64,000 nt of DNA from Diplonema japonicum (lineage: Eukaryota; Protista; Euglenozoa: Diplonemea): the NCBI GenBank assembly GCA_964019335.1, contig OZ025662.1, forward strand, positions 124,001 through 188,000, in the 5' to 3' direction. The notes beneath the pieces are model-generated. The model worked only from the letters and a program-made list of their open reading frames with translations, made no database searches and had not been told where the DNA came from. The position numbers and the translations under genes were made by a program. Below, piece by piece: positions 1 to 9,930 of this stretch. Each line of letters opens with the position of its first letter. Position 1 is the stretch's first letter.

Positions 1-3000
1 ACGACACGCCACACCTGCCTGGGTACAGGTCATACAGGAGGGATCGGTTGACACCGGTGACTGACGGCACTGCGACGAGGGGTGGTGGTATTGTCACGTA
101 TGTCCGCGACGATCTTGCCTCGGAGGAGGTTCCGCACGTACTCCCGGCTGGGGACTGTGTCACTGAGAGACTGGATGTGAGGATCTCCTGCGAGAAGCGT
201 GAGCCGATCACTCTCTCCAACGTTTACCTTACACCGGTAAGCGCGAGCAGAGGCACGAGGGACCCTGAGTACCTGCGGCCTGGCAGCCTTCCCATGGGGA
301 AGAACACAGTCATAGCGGGTGACTTCAATGCTCACCACAGCTCCTGGGACGCCACGGTGACGACGCCGAACGAGAGGGGGAACGTGGTCAGGGACTGGCT
401 GGACACCCACGGGTACTCCGTCTACAACGACCGCAACGAACCGACGAGGGACTCGTCACGACACGTTCTGGACCTGGTTGTGGGGCGCTGCGCGAAGCTT
501 GAGCCGAAGACGCTGGGCACGTGGGGCTCCGATCATAGTCCCGTATCCTTTCACCTGCCTCTTGAGGACGTCTACCGTTCGGAGCGCCCCTTCCCCACCT
601 GGAATTTCAAAAAAGCCAGATGGGATGACTACACTGCTGCTGTTGCCCGCCTGCTTGCTGGTGTTGACACGGCGGCTCCGATTGACTCTGTCACGAAGGG
701 GTTTACACAAGCCCTTTTGACTGCGGCGAACGACCACATTCCCCTCTGTGGGATGCGACGTGGCCCGACCCCCTGGTGGACTGCTGAGCTCGAGGACGCC
801 TTCGAAGAGCGGAACACCCTGCGCGAACTCCTGCTTCAAGAGGCGGACGTGGTGGTGGAGGAGTACAGGGCGAAGGTGAAGGAAGTCAACCGACTCCTTG
901 ACGAGACGAAGCGTGAGGCATGGGGAAGGATGGCGGCCGACCTCAGCCGGAGCAAGGACCTCGGGGCTGCGTTCAGAGCGGTGAAGAAGCTGGACGGCAG
1001 GCACCGAAAGACACACCTTCCTGTACTCGAGGGAAGATTTGTGTCGGACAAGGCGAAGGCCGACCGGCTGGGGGCGCACTTCGCTAAGCTCTACGGCAGG
1101 CGTGGTGACGGGAACTCGAAGGACGCCGCTCCTTCTGCAAGCAGACTCGGGTGTCAAGCCTTCACCGTGGACGACCTCACCCGCGGCCTGAGAAGGATGA
1201 AGACGCGCAGCGCGGCCGGGGAAGACGGAATCTTCTCGGAGATGCTCCTACACCTGAACACGGACTCCCTCGGTGTCCTCCTTCTACTCCTCAATCGCTC
1301 CTGGCTGATGGGTGTCGTCCCCGGTGCCTGGAAGAAGGGAGTGATCGTCCCGGTACCGAAACCTGGAAAAGATGCGACTCTCTTGGCTTCCTACCGGCCG
1401 ATCTGCCTGACCAGCTGCCTCTGCAAGCTGCTGGAGAGGATGATCGAGGAGAGGCTCACGTTTCTTCTTGACGCGGACGGGACGGGAGTCGAGGGACTCC
1501 ACGACAGCCAGGCTGGTTTCAGACGCGGCCGCTCCACGGAGGAGCAGGTGGCAACCCTCACTGAGTGCATGTCGAGGAACAAAGACGATCGACGTCTCTC
1601 GGCCGCTCTGCTGTTCGACTTCTCTTCTGCCTTCGACCTGGTGCCCCATGGTGCCCTGCTGGACAAGATGCGAGGGAAGGGTCTCCCCGAACCCTTCGTG
1701 GAGTGGACGCGGTCCTTTCTATGCGGCCGTACTGCTGCGGTCACGATTGGACGGTCGAGGGGGTCAACGACGAAGGTGCGACGGGGTGTCCCCCAGGGCT
1801 CTGTCTTGGGTCCCATCCTGTACACCATCTACGTCGACGAACTCGCCAGGAGACTGGAGGGACTGGCGGACGTCTCGGTGCTCTACGCCGACGACGTGGC
1901 GGTTGTGATCTCCTCTGGACAAGGGGACGTGGCTGGGCTGGAGCGGAAGGCGCAGGCGGTGGTGGATGCGGTTGAGGACTGGTGCAGGGAGCGTGACATG
2001 CTGCTGAGCACGTCCAAGACGCAGGCAGTCTGCGTCCCCCCCCAGAAACGTCTCGGGGTCTACTTCACTTCGTCACGAGTCCCCCTTCAGCCAGGTGCCT
2101 TCCAGAACCCACTCTTCGGCCTGGGGGTGAACGCCGATGGCACGATCTCCGGGGACCAGGAGCTGGCGGGCCTTCAGGTTGTGGAGGCGGGTGGTGTGCG
2201 GATCCGCTGCGTGCGGGACATGCATGCAGCCGTGCGACGGCCCGACGTGGACTACGTTGCGGCCCGTCCCCTGCCTCTATCTGAACACGCGAGGTACCTT
2301 GGGGTTACGGTGGACTCTGGGCTCACGTTCGGTGAACACGCACAGGACATCCTACGGCGGGCCAGCAAAAGGCTGAGGGTGCTGAAGCTCTTGTCCGGCA
2401 CGTCCTGGGGCAGCAAGAGGGACACTTTGCGGTCTCTCTACGTTACGTACATCCTCCCGCTGCTGCGCTACTGCATGGGGGTCTACTACAGCAGGCTCGA
2501 TGATGTCGGGAGGAAGGACCTGGCTGGGCTTCACCAGGAGGCGGCGGTGCTGATCACGGGCTGCTGGAGTGGCTCCGGAGGGTACAAGCTCCTAGCTGAG
2601 GCAGGACTGCTTCCCCTCGAAAGAATGGCTGAGGGTGCTGCGGCGACGATGACGGCGAAGGCCTTCTGCTGGCAGTCTTCCCCGGTTCACAGGGAGACGG
2701 TCAAGCTGAAGCAGGCGAACAGGCTGGGGTGTGGGTGGCTGCGCTCTGGCTACCAAGCACTGCGTCGATGCGGGTTGGAACCAAAGGTGCACTTCGAGTA
2801 CCTGTCGGCTACGCCCCTGGCGGCCCCGTGGCAGACAGGCATGGTCGACTTCAGGACTGACCTCCCCGGCGGGGTCACGCGATCGTCGCCAGACGCGGAC
2901 AGGCGGAAGGCGGCCGAGGCTGCTCTTGCGGCTCTCCCCCCGGGCATCCATGCCTACACGGATGGCTCGGTTGTACAGGTCGGACAGAAGGCGAAAGGTG

Positions 3001-4381
3001 GCTCTGGGGTTTATCTGCAGCTGCCTCCCCCCCTGACCCCTGTGTCTGTGTGCCATGGCGTCAACGACTTCTGTTCATCTTTTCGGGCAGAGGGCATGGC
3101 TGTGAAAACGGCGCTGGATATGGTGGCTACCCTCCGAAAAACACACCCTTCGCTGGCGAAGTCCCCGCTGTCGATCTGCACCGACTCCCTCTCCCTCGTC
3201 GAGCAGCTGCGAGCTGGCCCAACGCGACAGAGGGAGAAGCTCGACCACCAGACGTGGAGCCGGCTGGTGACCGCGGCGCGCACGCAGGGGACACCGGTGG
3301 TCCTCCAGTTTGTGCCCTCCCACTGTGGGGTGGACGGGAACGAGAAGGCTGACGCTCTGGCCGGGGAGGGAACGAAGCGGAAGCAGGACAGGCCCTCCCT
3401 TGACTACCGATCAGTGAGGGCCCTGGTGCGACGGTGGGTGGTGCGGAGGTCCGCGGAGCTCATAACATCCCTCGCCCACAACTACGCGGTGGCGACCGAG
3501 CTTCGGTCTGCGCACTTCCCCCTTGGCTTCCCCAGACAAGCTGAAACGGTCATCTCGCGGCTGCGGATTGGTCACTCGGCTCTCTTCTTCGGCTTCCTGC
3601 AGACTGCTGGCCCGAACAGGAAGCACAAGGGTGTGCTCCGGTGCCCAGCCTGCCACGCAGCACCGATGTCCAGGGAGCATGTTGTCGGTGGGTGCCCTGT
3701 GATCGGGAGGGGGGCGATCGACACTCCTGCTGGTACTCCCTCCCTAGCCTTCTCCCTGTCGAGACGCGTGACCCAGATCTACGACCTCATTGTTGAGTCT
3801 GGCCTGCTCGCCTGGTCACGCTCCGGACTGTTCACCTCGCCATCATCCCTGGCGTCTACAGACGTCACTGCACCTTCAAACGTGCCGCCCCCTCCTCCGG
3901 TCTCTCTTGACGCCGGTCCCGCGGCCCCCGTGCTGCGCTAAGGGATCGCCCGCGTGTGTGTAAAGTGAAATGTTGTGTTTTCCACTTTCCTTTCCCTTCC
4001 TTTCCCTTCCTTCACCTTCCTCTCACTGTTTCCCATTTCCCCTTTTTTTTATTTTCACACTCACCAATGATTCGCTCAATAGGAGCAATACCTCCCTGGG
4101 GGGCTTTCCGCCGGAGGTTCCAGCCAAAGAAGGACATCCAGCTGGAAGGTAGGCCCCCGTTTTTCTCTCACTTGACTGAGGGAATAATGTAATTCAGCCC
4201 TCTTCGGCTGTCCCAAAGCAGAGCACGGGTTGGTGGGGGACCAGGGCTCCTCCTGCTTGCAGAAGCCTGGTCCTTTGCCCTCCCTATTTCCCCATGGTTT
4301 CCCTTCACCTTTTTTTCCCCTTTTCTCAGGTGTTGCTCTCCATGGCGGCCCTGCATTGGTATTTTGAAAAAAAAAAAAAAA
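1..4381 (+). mobile_element. Non-LTR retrotransposon family A (Ingi/I-group-like), 5' end outside window, 3' UTR and poly(A)
   Basis: Long APE-RT-RNase H ORF, then a ~425-nt 3' UTR ending CATTGGTATTTTG plus poly(A) at 4367-4381. The same 3' end recurs at 11916-12350, 18493-18947 and 26153-26587. Confidence 0.93.
3..3941 (+). CDS. Family A polyprotein: AP endonuclease, reverse transcriptase, RNase H, CCHC knuckle (5'-partial)
   Basis: Frame is open from the window edge. Motifs: GDFNAHH and GSDH (APE); YRPICL, QAGFR, GVPQGSVLGP, YADD, YLG (RT); YTDGS, CTDS, VPSHCGVDGNEKAD (RNase H); CPAC..H..C. Confidence 0.93.
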   Translation, partial: DTPHLPGYRSYRRDRLTPVTDGTATRGGGIVTYVRDDLASEEVPHVLPAGDCVTERLDVRISCEKREPITLSNVYLTPVSASRGTRDPEYLRPGSLPMGKNTVIAGDFNAHHSSWDATVTTPNERGNVVRDWLDTHGYSVYNDRNEPTRDSSRHVLDLVVGRCAKLEPKTLGTWGSDHSPVSFHLPLEDVYRSERPFPTWNFKKARWDDYTAAVARLLAGVDTAAPIDSVTKGFTQALLTAANDHIPLCGMRRGPTPWWTAELEDAFEERNTLRELLLQEADVVVEEYRAKVKEVNRLLDETKREAWGRMAADLSRSKDLGAAFRAVKKLDGRHRKTHLPVLEGRFVSDKAKADRLGAHFAKLYGRRGDGNSKDAAPSASRLGCQAFTVDDLTRGLRRMKTRSAAGEDGIFSEMLLHLNTDSLGVLLLLLNRSWLMGVVPGAWKKGVIVPVPKPGKDATLLASYRPICLTSCLCKLLERMIEERLTFLLDADGTGVEGLHDSQAGFRRGRSTEEQVATLTECMSRNKDDRRLSAALLFDFSSAFDLVPHGALLDKMRGKGLPEPFVEWTRSFLCGRTAAVTIGRSRGSTTKVRRGVPQGSVLGPILYTIYVDELARRLEGLADVSVLYADDVAVVISSGQGDVAGLERKAQAVVDAVEDWCRERDMLLSTSKTQAVCVPPQKRLGVYFTSSRVPLQPGAFQNPLFGLGVNADGTISGDQELAGLQVVEAGGVRIRCVRDMHAAVRRPDVDYVAARPLPLSEHARYLGVTVDSGLTFGEHAQDILRRASKRLRVLKLLSGTSWGSKRDTLRSLYVTYILPLLRYCMGVYYSRLDDVGRKDLAGLHQEAAVLITGCWSGSGGYKLLAEAGLLPLERMAEGAAATMTAKAFCWQSSPVHRETVKLKQANRLGCGWLRSGYQALRRCGLEPKVHFEYLSATPLAAPWQTGMVDFRTDLPGGVTRSSPDADRRKAAEAALAALPPGIHAYTDGSVVQVGQKAKGGSGVYLQLPPPLTPVSVCHGVNDFCSSFRAEGMAVKTALDMVATLRKTHPSLAKSPLSICTDSLSLVEQLRAGPTRQREKLDHQTWSRLVTAARTQGTPVVLQFVPSHCGVDGNEKADALAGEGTKRKQDRPSLDYRSVRALVRRWVVRRSAELITSLAHNYAVATELRSAHFPLGFPRQAETVISRLRIGHSALFFGFLQTAGPNRKHKGVLRCPACHAAPMSREHVVGGCPVIGRGAIDTPAGTPSLAFSLSRRVTQIYDLIVESGLLAWSRSGLFTSPSSLASTDVTAPSNVPPPPPVSLDAGPAAPVLR

Positions 4382-4386
4382 TAATA

Positions 4387-4788
4387 ATGCGTGCCATGAT
4401 GGCCAAGCAGGAGGAGCGGGACGCGAGGGACACCGCCAGAAGAACGGCCCTAAAGGCCAAAAAGGCCCAAACCACCGCCACACCCACAGCCCCGACACCG
4501 TCCAAATTCATCGGACCGGAGCTGGAACCGAACACCCCACAGCAACACCAGCCATCCTCGGGCTCGGAAACGGAGTTGGAAGACACTCCCGCCGGAGCAA
4601 AACCAGGAAGGCGCAGGGGCCAGGAATGGGCCTCTGCAAAGGTGTCGCTGAAGGCAGCGCCCTACGCACCAGGGGGCTCGAAGGGTTCGAAGGGGACAAC
4701 CTCCTCCTCCACCTCGACATCGCCGACACCGAGCACACCGGACACAGCGAAGAAGTCCGGGAAAGGCGGAAAATCAAAGAAGAGGTGA
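4387..4788 (+). CDS. Probable C-terminal remnant of family B ORF1 (basic, low complexity)
   Basis: Same position as ORF1 in B' and C, immediately before the A-rich linker. ETELEDTP resembles QTELPSTP in C ORF1. No ribozyme upstream, so probably truncated. Confidence 0.5.
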   Translation: MRAMMAKQEERDARDTARRTALKAKKAQTTATPTAPTPSKFIGPELEPNTPQQHQPSSGSETELEDTPAGAKPGRRRGQEWASAKVSLKAAPYAPGGSKGSKGTTSSSTSTSPTPSTPDTAKKSGKGGKSKKR

Positions 4789-5106
4789 AAAAGGTGATAA
4801 GTTTTTTCCATTTTACCATAATAGATAAGAAAGAAAAAAAAAAGAAAAAAGAAAGTGTTTCCCTATTAAGCCCCCAACCCCCCAATTCGTCTACAAAAAA
4901 AAAAATAATAAAAAAAAAAAAAAAAAAAAAACCATAAAAAAAAAAACAAAAACAAAAAAAAAAACATAAAGAAAATAAAAGAACAAGAGAAAAAAAAAAA
5001 AACAACAAAAAAAAAATATAAAAATAAAAAAAAAATAATACACGACGACGACGACGACGACGACAACGGGTCACAGCAATGTCATCTCTCTGCGCGAAGG
5101 AAGCTC

Positions 5107-5270
5107 GTACGACTTGGCTACAACTCGCGGCTAAATCCTGGCCGGCCCCGCACGTATAGGGGTGTCCAAACGGGACAAGGCGTTAGTGGTGGCGACGTAA
5201 GGTCTGTTAGGGCCGGCCCCCCCCAAGTCGTACAACCCTATCTTCGAAGACCTGAAGGTAGGGGTGACCA
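5107..5270 (+). ncRNA. Conserved structured RNA upstream of ORF2 (copy in B), function unknown
   Basis: Closing stem GUACGACUUGG/CCAAGUCGUAC, internal GGCCGGCC pairing, two short hairpins and a 10-bp 3' hairpin. Homologues at 13299, 25045 and 33837 show compensatory changes. Confidence 0.75.
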
Positions 5271-5289
5271 CAAAGGCAGAGTGACATAC

Positions 5290-8200
5290 ATGCTGAAACG
5301 ACCCTCGACCACACCGAGAAAGATGCGCAAAGGTTGCGGACCACATGATATGGACATCTTGGCGTGCGGTGACGTCGAGCAGAACCCGGGGCCAGCCGCG
5401 AAAGACGGATGGCTGAAGATAGTCTCGCTGAACGTGAGGTCCCTCAGAGCTAGGAAGGCCGAAATCGAGAAGGCTATCGAAGAAACAGCGCCGGACATCC
5501 TGTGTCTCCAAGAGACACACCTAACATCAGACGATGCGATCCACGGCTGGTTCGAAGGGTACAGAGCTTTCCGAAGAGACAGGACGCGACCGAGAAGGAG
5601 GAATTTCCCCATAAAAGGGGGCGGCTTACTGACTCTCGTGAAAGAAGGCATCAACGCTAGCGGTGTCGAAAGGAAGGAGAAGAAAAATGACGTGACGGAA
5701 AGACTGGACGTCAAAATATACCCGCCAGGTCAAAAGGAGATCCTCCTGGTGAACATCTACCTTCCACCAACATCGCCGTCAGATCCGAGCGATGACAGAC
5801 CGAGCATCGACACCTACTTCAACCCGAACACACTCCCGACAGGGGACAGAACCTTAATCATGGGGGATTTCAACGCCCACCACCCTCTGTGGGACGGGAG
5901 AAGAAAGAAAGAGGACCTCATAGGTGACAAAGTCGCAAAGTGGATGATCGAGAAAGGGATGCGACCCTGGAATGACAAAGCCACACCGACACTATTGAAC
6001 ACAAGAGGTTCCTTATCATCACCGGACCTGGTGATAAGCGGGCCAGACATGGACTCTAGATCCTGGACAACCCTCGATTCATGGGGGTCTGACCACATAC
6101 CCATGTCCATCCGGATAAGAACGAAATACGAAACCGGACCAACCATTAAGAAATTCAGCTTCAAAAAAGCTGACTGGGAGGGGTACAGAAATCATCTGGA
6201 GTACACCCTGAGGCACCTGCAGAGAACAGGAGACCCGGTCAGGCTAAACAAGCAGTTCACTGAAGCAGTCAAGGAGGCCGCCAGGCTCTTCATCCCAAGA
6301 GGGGGAGCGAGAGGCGGGAAAGCGTGGTGGACTGAAGAGCTGACGCAACTGGTTGGAAGAAGAAACGCTCTGAAGAAGGAGATTATGTCGGACATCGGCA
6401 TCCCATCGATAGAACAATGCGAGAGGCTTGGTGAAATCAGCAGGCAAGTGCAGAAACAGATCGATGAAGGGAAGAAAAGAGCGTGGGCCGACTACATGAA
6501 GGAGCTGTCTCAGAAAAAGGACTTGGGACACGCTTTCAGGACGATAAAAACGCTCGATGGCAGGAAGGACAAAGATCCAGTAGCACCACTAATGGCAGGC
6601 GGCAAGCTACACACATCGGCGAAGCAAAAAGCAGACGTCCTTGTGGAGCACTACGCAAAGGCTTTTGCACCCCACCTTAACAAGGACACAAAGAAGATGC
6701 TGGACGGTGAAAACAGGAAGTCCAAAGTGATCAAGGACTTGAGGGACAGGGTCACTTGCCCAGGGATAAGCATGGAGGAACTGAAGCACGCGCTGAGGCA
6801 GTTGAAGAAGGGGAAATCCCCGGGCCCAGACGGTGTCTACAACGAGATGCTGAAACACCTGGGGGGGACGGCCATGGACACATTACTCCATCTGTTCAAT
6901 ATGTCATGGGAGAAGGGAGTGGTACCATCAGACTGGAGGTTCACGCACATAATCCCACTTTACAAAGGAAAGGGCAAGTCAAGAAGTGATCCGGCATCGT
7001 ACAGACCGATATCGCTAACCTCCAACATTTCAAAGACAATGGAGAGGATAGTAAAGATAAGGGTCGACTACCACCAAGACGTGGGAGATGTGAAGAGGGT
7101 GCACAAAATGCAGTCAGGTTTCAGGAAAGGGCGCTCCACAGAAGAGAACGTCCTGCAAGTGACCACGAAACTGAACCGCATCAGAGACGATGAGTTCTGC
7201 GGCGGACTTTTGCTCTTCGACCTGAAAGGAGCCTTCGACACAGTGTGGCACAAGGGTCTAAATGCGAAAATGAGGAGTAATGGCTACCCGCAAAGAATTA
7301 CGGACTGGGTGGCCGCTTTCCTAGACCAGAGGATCGCTGCCGTCAAGGTGAGTGGCGAAACAGGGAAGCACGAACACATAACGGGTGGGGTTCCACAGGG
7401 AACCATCCTTGCCCCAACCCTCTTCTCGATCTACATGGACGACCTCTCAGAGACGTTCGAAAAGGAGGTCATTGATGCCGTGATGTACGCAGACGACATT
7501 GCGGTGGTGCTGCACGAAAAAGACCTGGACAGCTTGAATGGAAAACTGATGAAGATCCTGAGGGTTGTGGAGAGCTGGTGCTCGAGAAACTCGATGGTGA
7601 TCTCCAAGGGAAAGACAGAGTTCCTTCCCGTTGCTGGCATCTCCTATCCGCAGAGAACACTGAAGGGGAAGATCAGAGCAACTTTCAAGACCGGCGAAGA
7701 ACTCGAGGTGGTCGAAAAAACAAAGCTGCTCGGAGTCACCTTCGAGGAGGACATGCTTTTCTCCGAACACTCCAGAGACGTCTTGGAAAGAGGTGAAAGC
7801 AGGGTCAGGCTGCTGAGCTGCCTTGCGGGAACGAGATGGGGTTGCAAGAAGGTGGTGTTGAGGGCTCTATACCTCACATATGTGCAACCAGTCTTCAGAT
7901 ACTGCTTGGGCGTGTACGGGTCATTTCTCCCGAGCGGGAGGAACACGCCCCACGAAGGCATCAAGAAGCTTCAATACAGGGCAGCGGTGAAGATCACAGG
8001 CTGCATCGCGTCATCAGAGACATTCGCGACACTGAACGAAGCGGGGCTGTGGACCCTGGATGCGCTGATCGAACACGACAGCCTGTTGCTCTACGAGTCA
8101 CTGATGAGAAAAGTGGACACCGCCGCATACCAGGCGACTCAGCCTCTGGAGGATCTGACCAGGTACGAGAAGCTCCTACCAAGGAGGACTTGGTCTGACA

Positions 8201-9273
8201 AACAGAGAGAGGCATCGAAAGCCTACAAACTCCCAGAGAGGACGGGCACACCTCACTCGGGCGCCGTCTTCATGAGGAGACTCGCGGTTGCACCCTGGCA
8301 AAGATTCGAGGGGCAACTCGTGCTCTCCCCCTTCCTAGACACGCAGGTGAAAAGGACGGACCCAAAAGAGGTCAGGAAAGAGGCAACAACGAACACCCTG
8401 AACAGGTTATGCGAGAAACACGGCCGGGCATTCTGCATGGTGTTCACAGACGGGTCCGTAAAGGATGGGAAAAACGGAGGCTCGGCCGCCATCCTGCTGC
8501 ACAACGGGTCCGATGCTGCCTACGGGATCAGCGGTGGACTGTATTCGACATCCTACAAATGCGAACTCAGGGCCCTGAGGCTAGGGATCCGACTGGCGAC
8601 AAGACTCTCAGAGAGGAAGCTTGCAAGCCAAGGGATGGTTCTGATATGCACAGATTCGCAGTCGGTGATACGGAAGATGTGCCAGGGACACATGTCGGCA
8701 GCCTCCAAAGATGACTTCGAACTCTGGCAGGAGGTCGCGAGCTTGACAGGCAGAGGCCACAAGCTAATCGTTCAATACGTCCCGAGTCACTGCGGGTACA
8801 AGTGGAACGAGAAGGCGGACCAGAAGGCAAAAGAGGCGAGCGAAAGACTGGCCCACACCCGTGAGACAGACATTGAGGTGGCTAAAACTCTGGTGAGGAA
8901 GCATGTCATCAGAAGCCACCTCCGCCTATGGAAGGATACTGGCGTCACAAAGACGTACAGGGAGCAGTTTGCCGGAAGTTACGAGAAGTTCGAGGAGCTG
9001 GACAGAAAGAAAGAAGTGGCGATCATGAGGCTGAGGGTGGGGAAGAGCCCACTCACTTGCGGATACCTACTCATACCCCCAGTCGAGGAGGTCCCGTGCC
9101 ATCTATGTTCGCAACCCCAGACTCTAAGCCACCTCCTACGGGAATGCCAAGACGGAAAGAGGATCGACCAAAGGAGTCAGATCTTCGGTAGCTCCCTTCC
9201 TTCCCTCAAAGTCCTCCTGTCCACCGACGCCTGTAAGACCGCCCAGCTCTTGGAGCGGCAGGGAACATTGTGA
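5290..9273 (+). CDS. Family B ORF2: 2A-like peptide, APE, RT, RNase H, CCHC (intact)
   Basis: GDVEQNPGP, SLNVRSL, LQET, GDFNAHH, SDH, YRPISL, GVPQG, YADD, FTDGS, VPSHCG..NEKAD, CHLC..H..C. First in-frame ATG is 5290; true start uncertain. Confidence 0.93.
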   Translation: MLKRPSTTPRKMRKGCGPHDMDILACGDVEQNPGPAAKDGWLKIVSLNVRSLRARKAEIEKAIEETAPDILCLQETHLTSDDAIHGWFEGYRAFRRDRTRPRRRNFPIKGGGLLTLVKEGINASGVERKEKKNDVTERLDVKIYPPGQKEILLVNIYLPPTSPSDPSDDRPSIDTYFNPNTLPTGDRTLIMGDFNAHHPLWDGRRKKEDLIGDKVAKWMIEKGMRPWNDKATPTLLNTRGSLSSPDLVISGPDMDSRSWTTLDSWGSDHIPMSIRIRTKYETGPTIKKFSFKKADWEGYRNHLEYTLRHLQRTGDPVRLNKQFTEAVKEAARLFIPRGGARGGKAWWTEELTQLVGRRNALKKEIMSDIGIPSIEQCERLGEISRQVQKQIDEGKKRAWADYMKELSQKKDLGHAFRTIKTLDGRKDKDPVAPLMAGGKLHTSAKQKADVLVEHYAKAFAPHLNKDTKKMLDGENRKSKVIKDLRDRVTCPGISMEELKHALRQLKKGKSPGPDGVYNEMLKHLGGTAMDTLLHLFNMSWEKGVVPSDWRFTHIIPLYKGKGKSRSDPASYRPISLTSNISKTMERIVKIRVDYHQDVGDVKRVHKMQSGFRKGRSTEENVLQVTTKLNRIRDDEFCGGLLLFDLKGAFDTVWHKGLNAKMRSNGYPQRITDWVAAFLDQRIAAVKVSGETGKHEHITGGVPQGTILAPTLFSIYMDDLSETFEKEVIDAVMYADDIAVVLHEKDLDSLNGKLMKILRVVESWCSRNSMVISKGKTEFLPVAGISYPQRTLKGKIRATFKTGEELEVVEKTKLLGVTFEEDMLFSEHSRDVLERGESRVRLLSCLAGTRWGCKKVVLRALYLTYVQPVFRYCLGVYGSFLPSGRNTPHEGIKKLQYRAAVKITGCIASSETFATLNEAGLWTLDALIEHDSLLLYESLMRKVDTAAYQATQPLEDLTRYEKLLPRRTWSDKQREASKAYKLPERTGTPHSGAVFMRRLAVAPWQRFEGQLVLSPFLDTQVKRTDPKEVRKEATTNTLNRLCEKHGRAFCMVFTDGSVKDGKNGGSAAILLHNGSDAAYGISGGLYSTSYKCELRALRLGIRLATRLSERKLASQGMVLICTDSQSVIRKMCQGHMSAASKDDFELWQEVASLTGRGHKLIVQYVPSHCGYKWNEKADQKAKEASERLAHTRETDIEVAKTLVRKHVIRSHLRLWKDTGVTKTYREQFAGSYEKFEELDRKKEVAIMRLRVGKSPLTCGYLLIPPVEEVPCHLCSQPQTLSHLLRECQDGKRIDQRSQIFGSSLPSLKVLLSTDACKTAQLLERQGTL

Positions 9274-9595
9274 AAAAACTTATAAATTATAATATGTTAT
9301 ACTCTCCAAACATTGAGGTCTGAAGTTGTTAAACGACTTCAGACAGCAATTGTTTCTAACTCAATCTCTCGACTCTGGCTTCACTCCTATCCTTTCTTTT
9401 CACCTCCCTCCCCAGTGTCTTCCCTTATTTTCCATTACCAGGCCCCTGTCCCCCGCCCCCAGTGTTATTCAAATTTTTCACTCACCTTTCATATAGAAAG
9501 AAAAAAGAAAAAAAAAAAAGAAAAAAAAGAAGGACAGATGATTCAAGCTTCGGTGTACACAATCGAGCTTGATTTGAATTCCTTTATTTTGAGAA

Positions 9596-9628
<33 letters not shown>

Positions 9629-9930
9629 AAAAAAAAAAAAAAAAAAAAAACTGAAGAACGAAACTTAATTGAATTGAATTTATTGGCTCCCGAAAGCCCA
9701 ACAAGTCCAGCAGACGGTGGAGTTTCACAGTCAGCTGGTTAATTTTTCACAATTGAAACTCCTCCAAAGTTCTTAAAATCTGGGAGGTCGTCTCTTGTTA
9801 CTAGAGGCGGCTAATGCCTCGAGACCCAGGTGCTGCCTGGTGGGTGGGATCGGTTTTATTTTATTATGAAAAGAGCGTGGTGAGGGGGTCCAAGTAATTT
9901 ACTACAGGGAGCAGCGGACCAGGACCCCTC

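Larger units (their letters stand above)
4382..9930 (+). mobile_element. Non-LTR retrotransposon family B; ORF1 apparently 5'-truncated, ORF2 intact, 3' UTR cut at 9930
   Basis: Starts right after the poly(A) of A. Order is ORF1 remnant, A-rich linker, conserved RNA, 2A-APE-RT-RH ORF, 3' UTR. The UTR stops at GGACCCCTC, whereas full copies continue to a poly(A) (17834-17998). Confidence 0.9.

Noticed and set aside
456-3680. Many antisense and overlapping ORFs within the retroelement genes
   Set aside because: Expected shadows of GC-rich coding sequence, with no domain signal.
9651-9664. CTGAAGA-AC-GAAAC resembling a hammerhead core
   Set aside because: No stem II and no stems I or III; it sits directly after poly(A).
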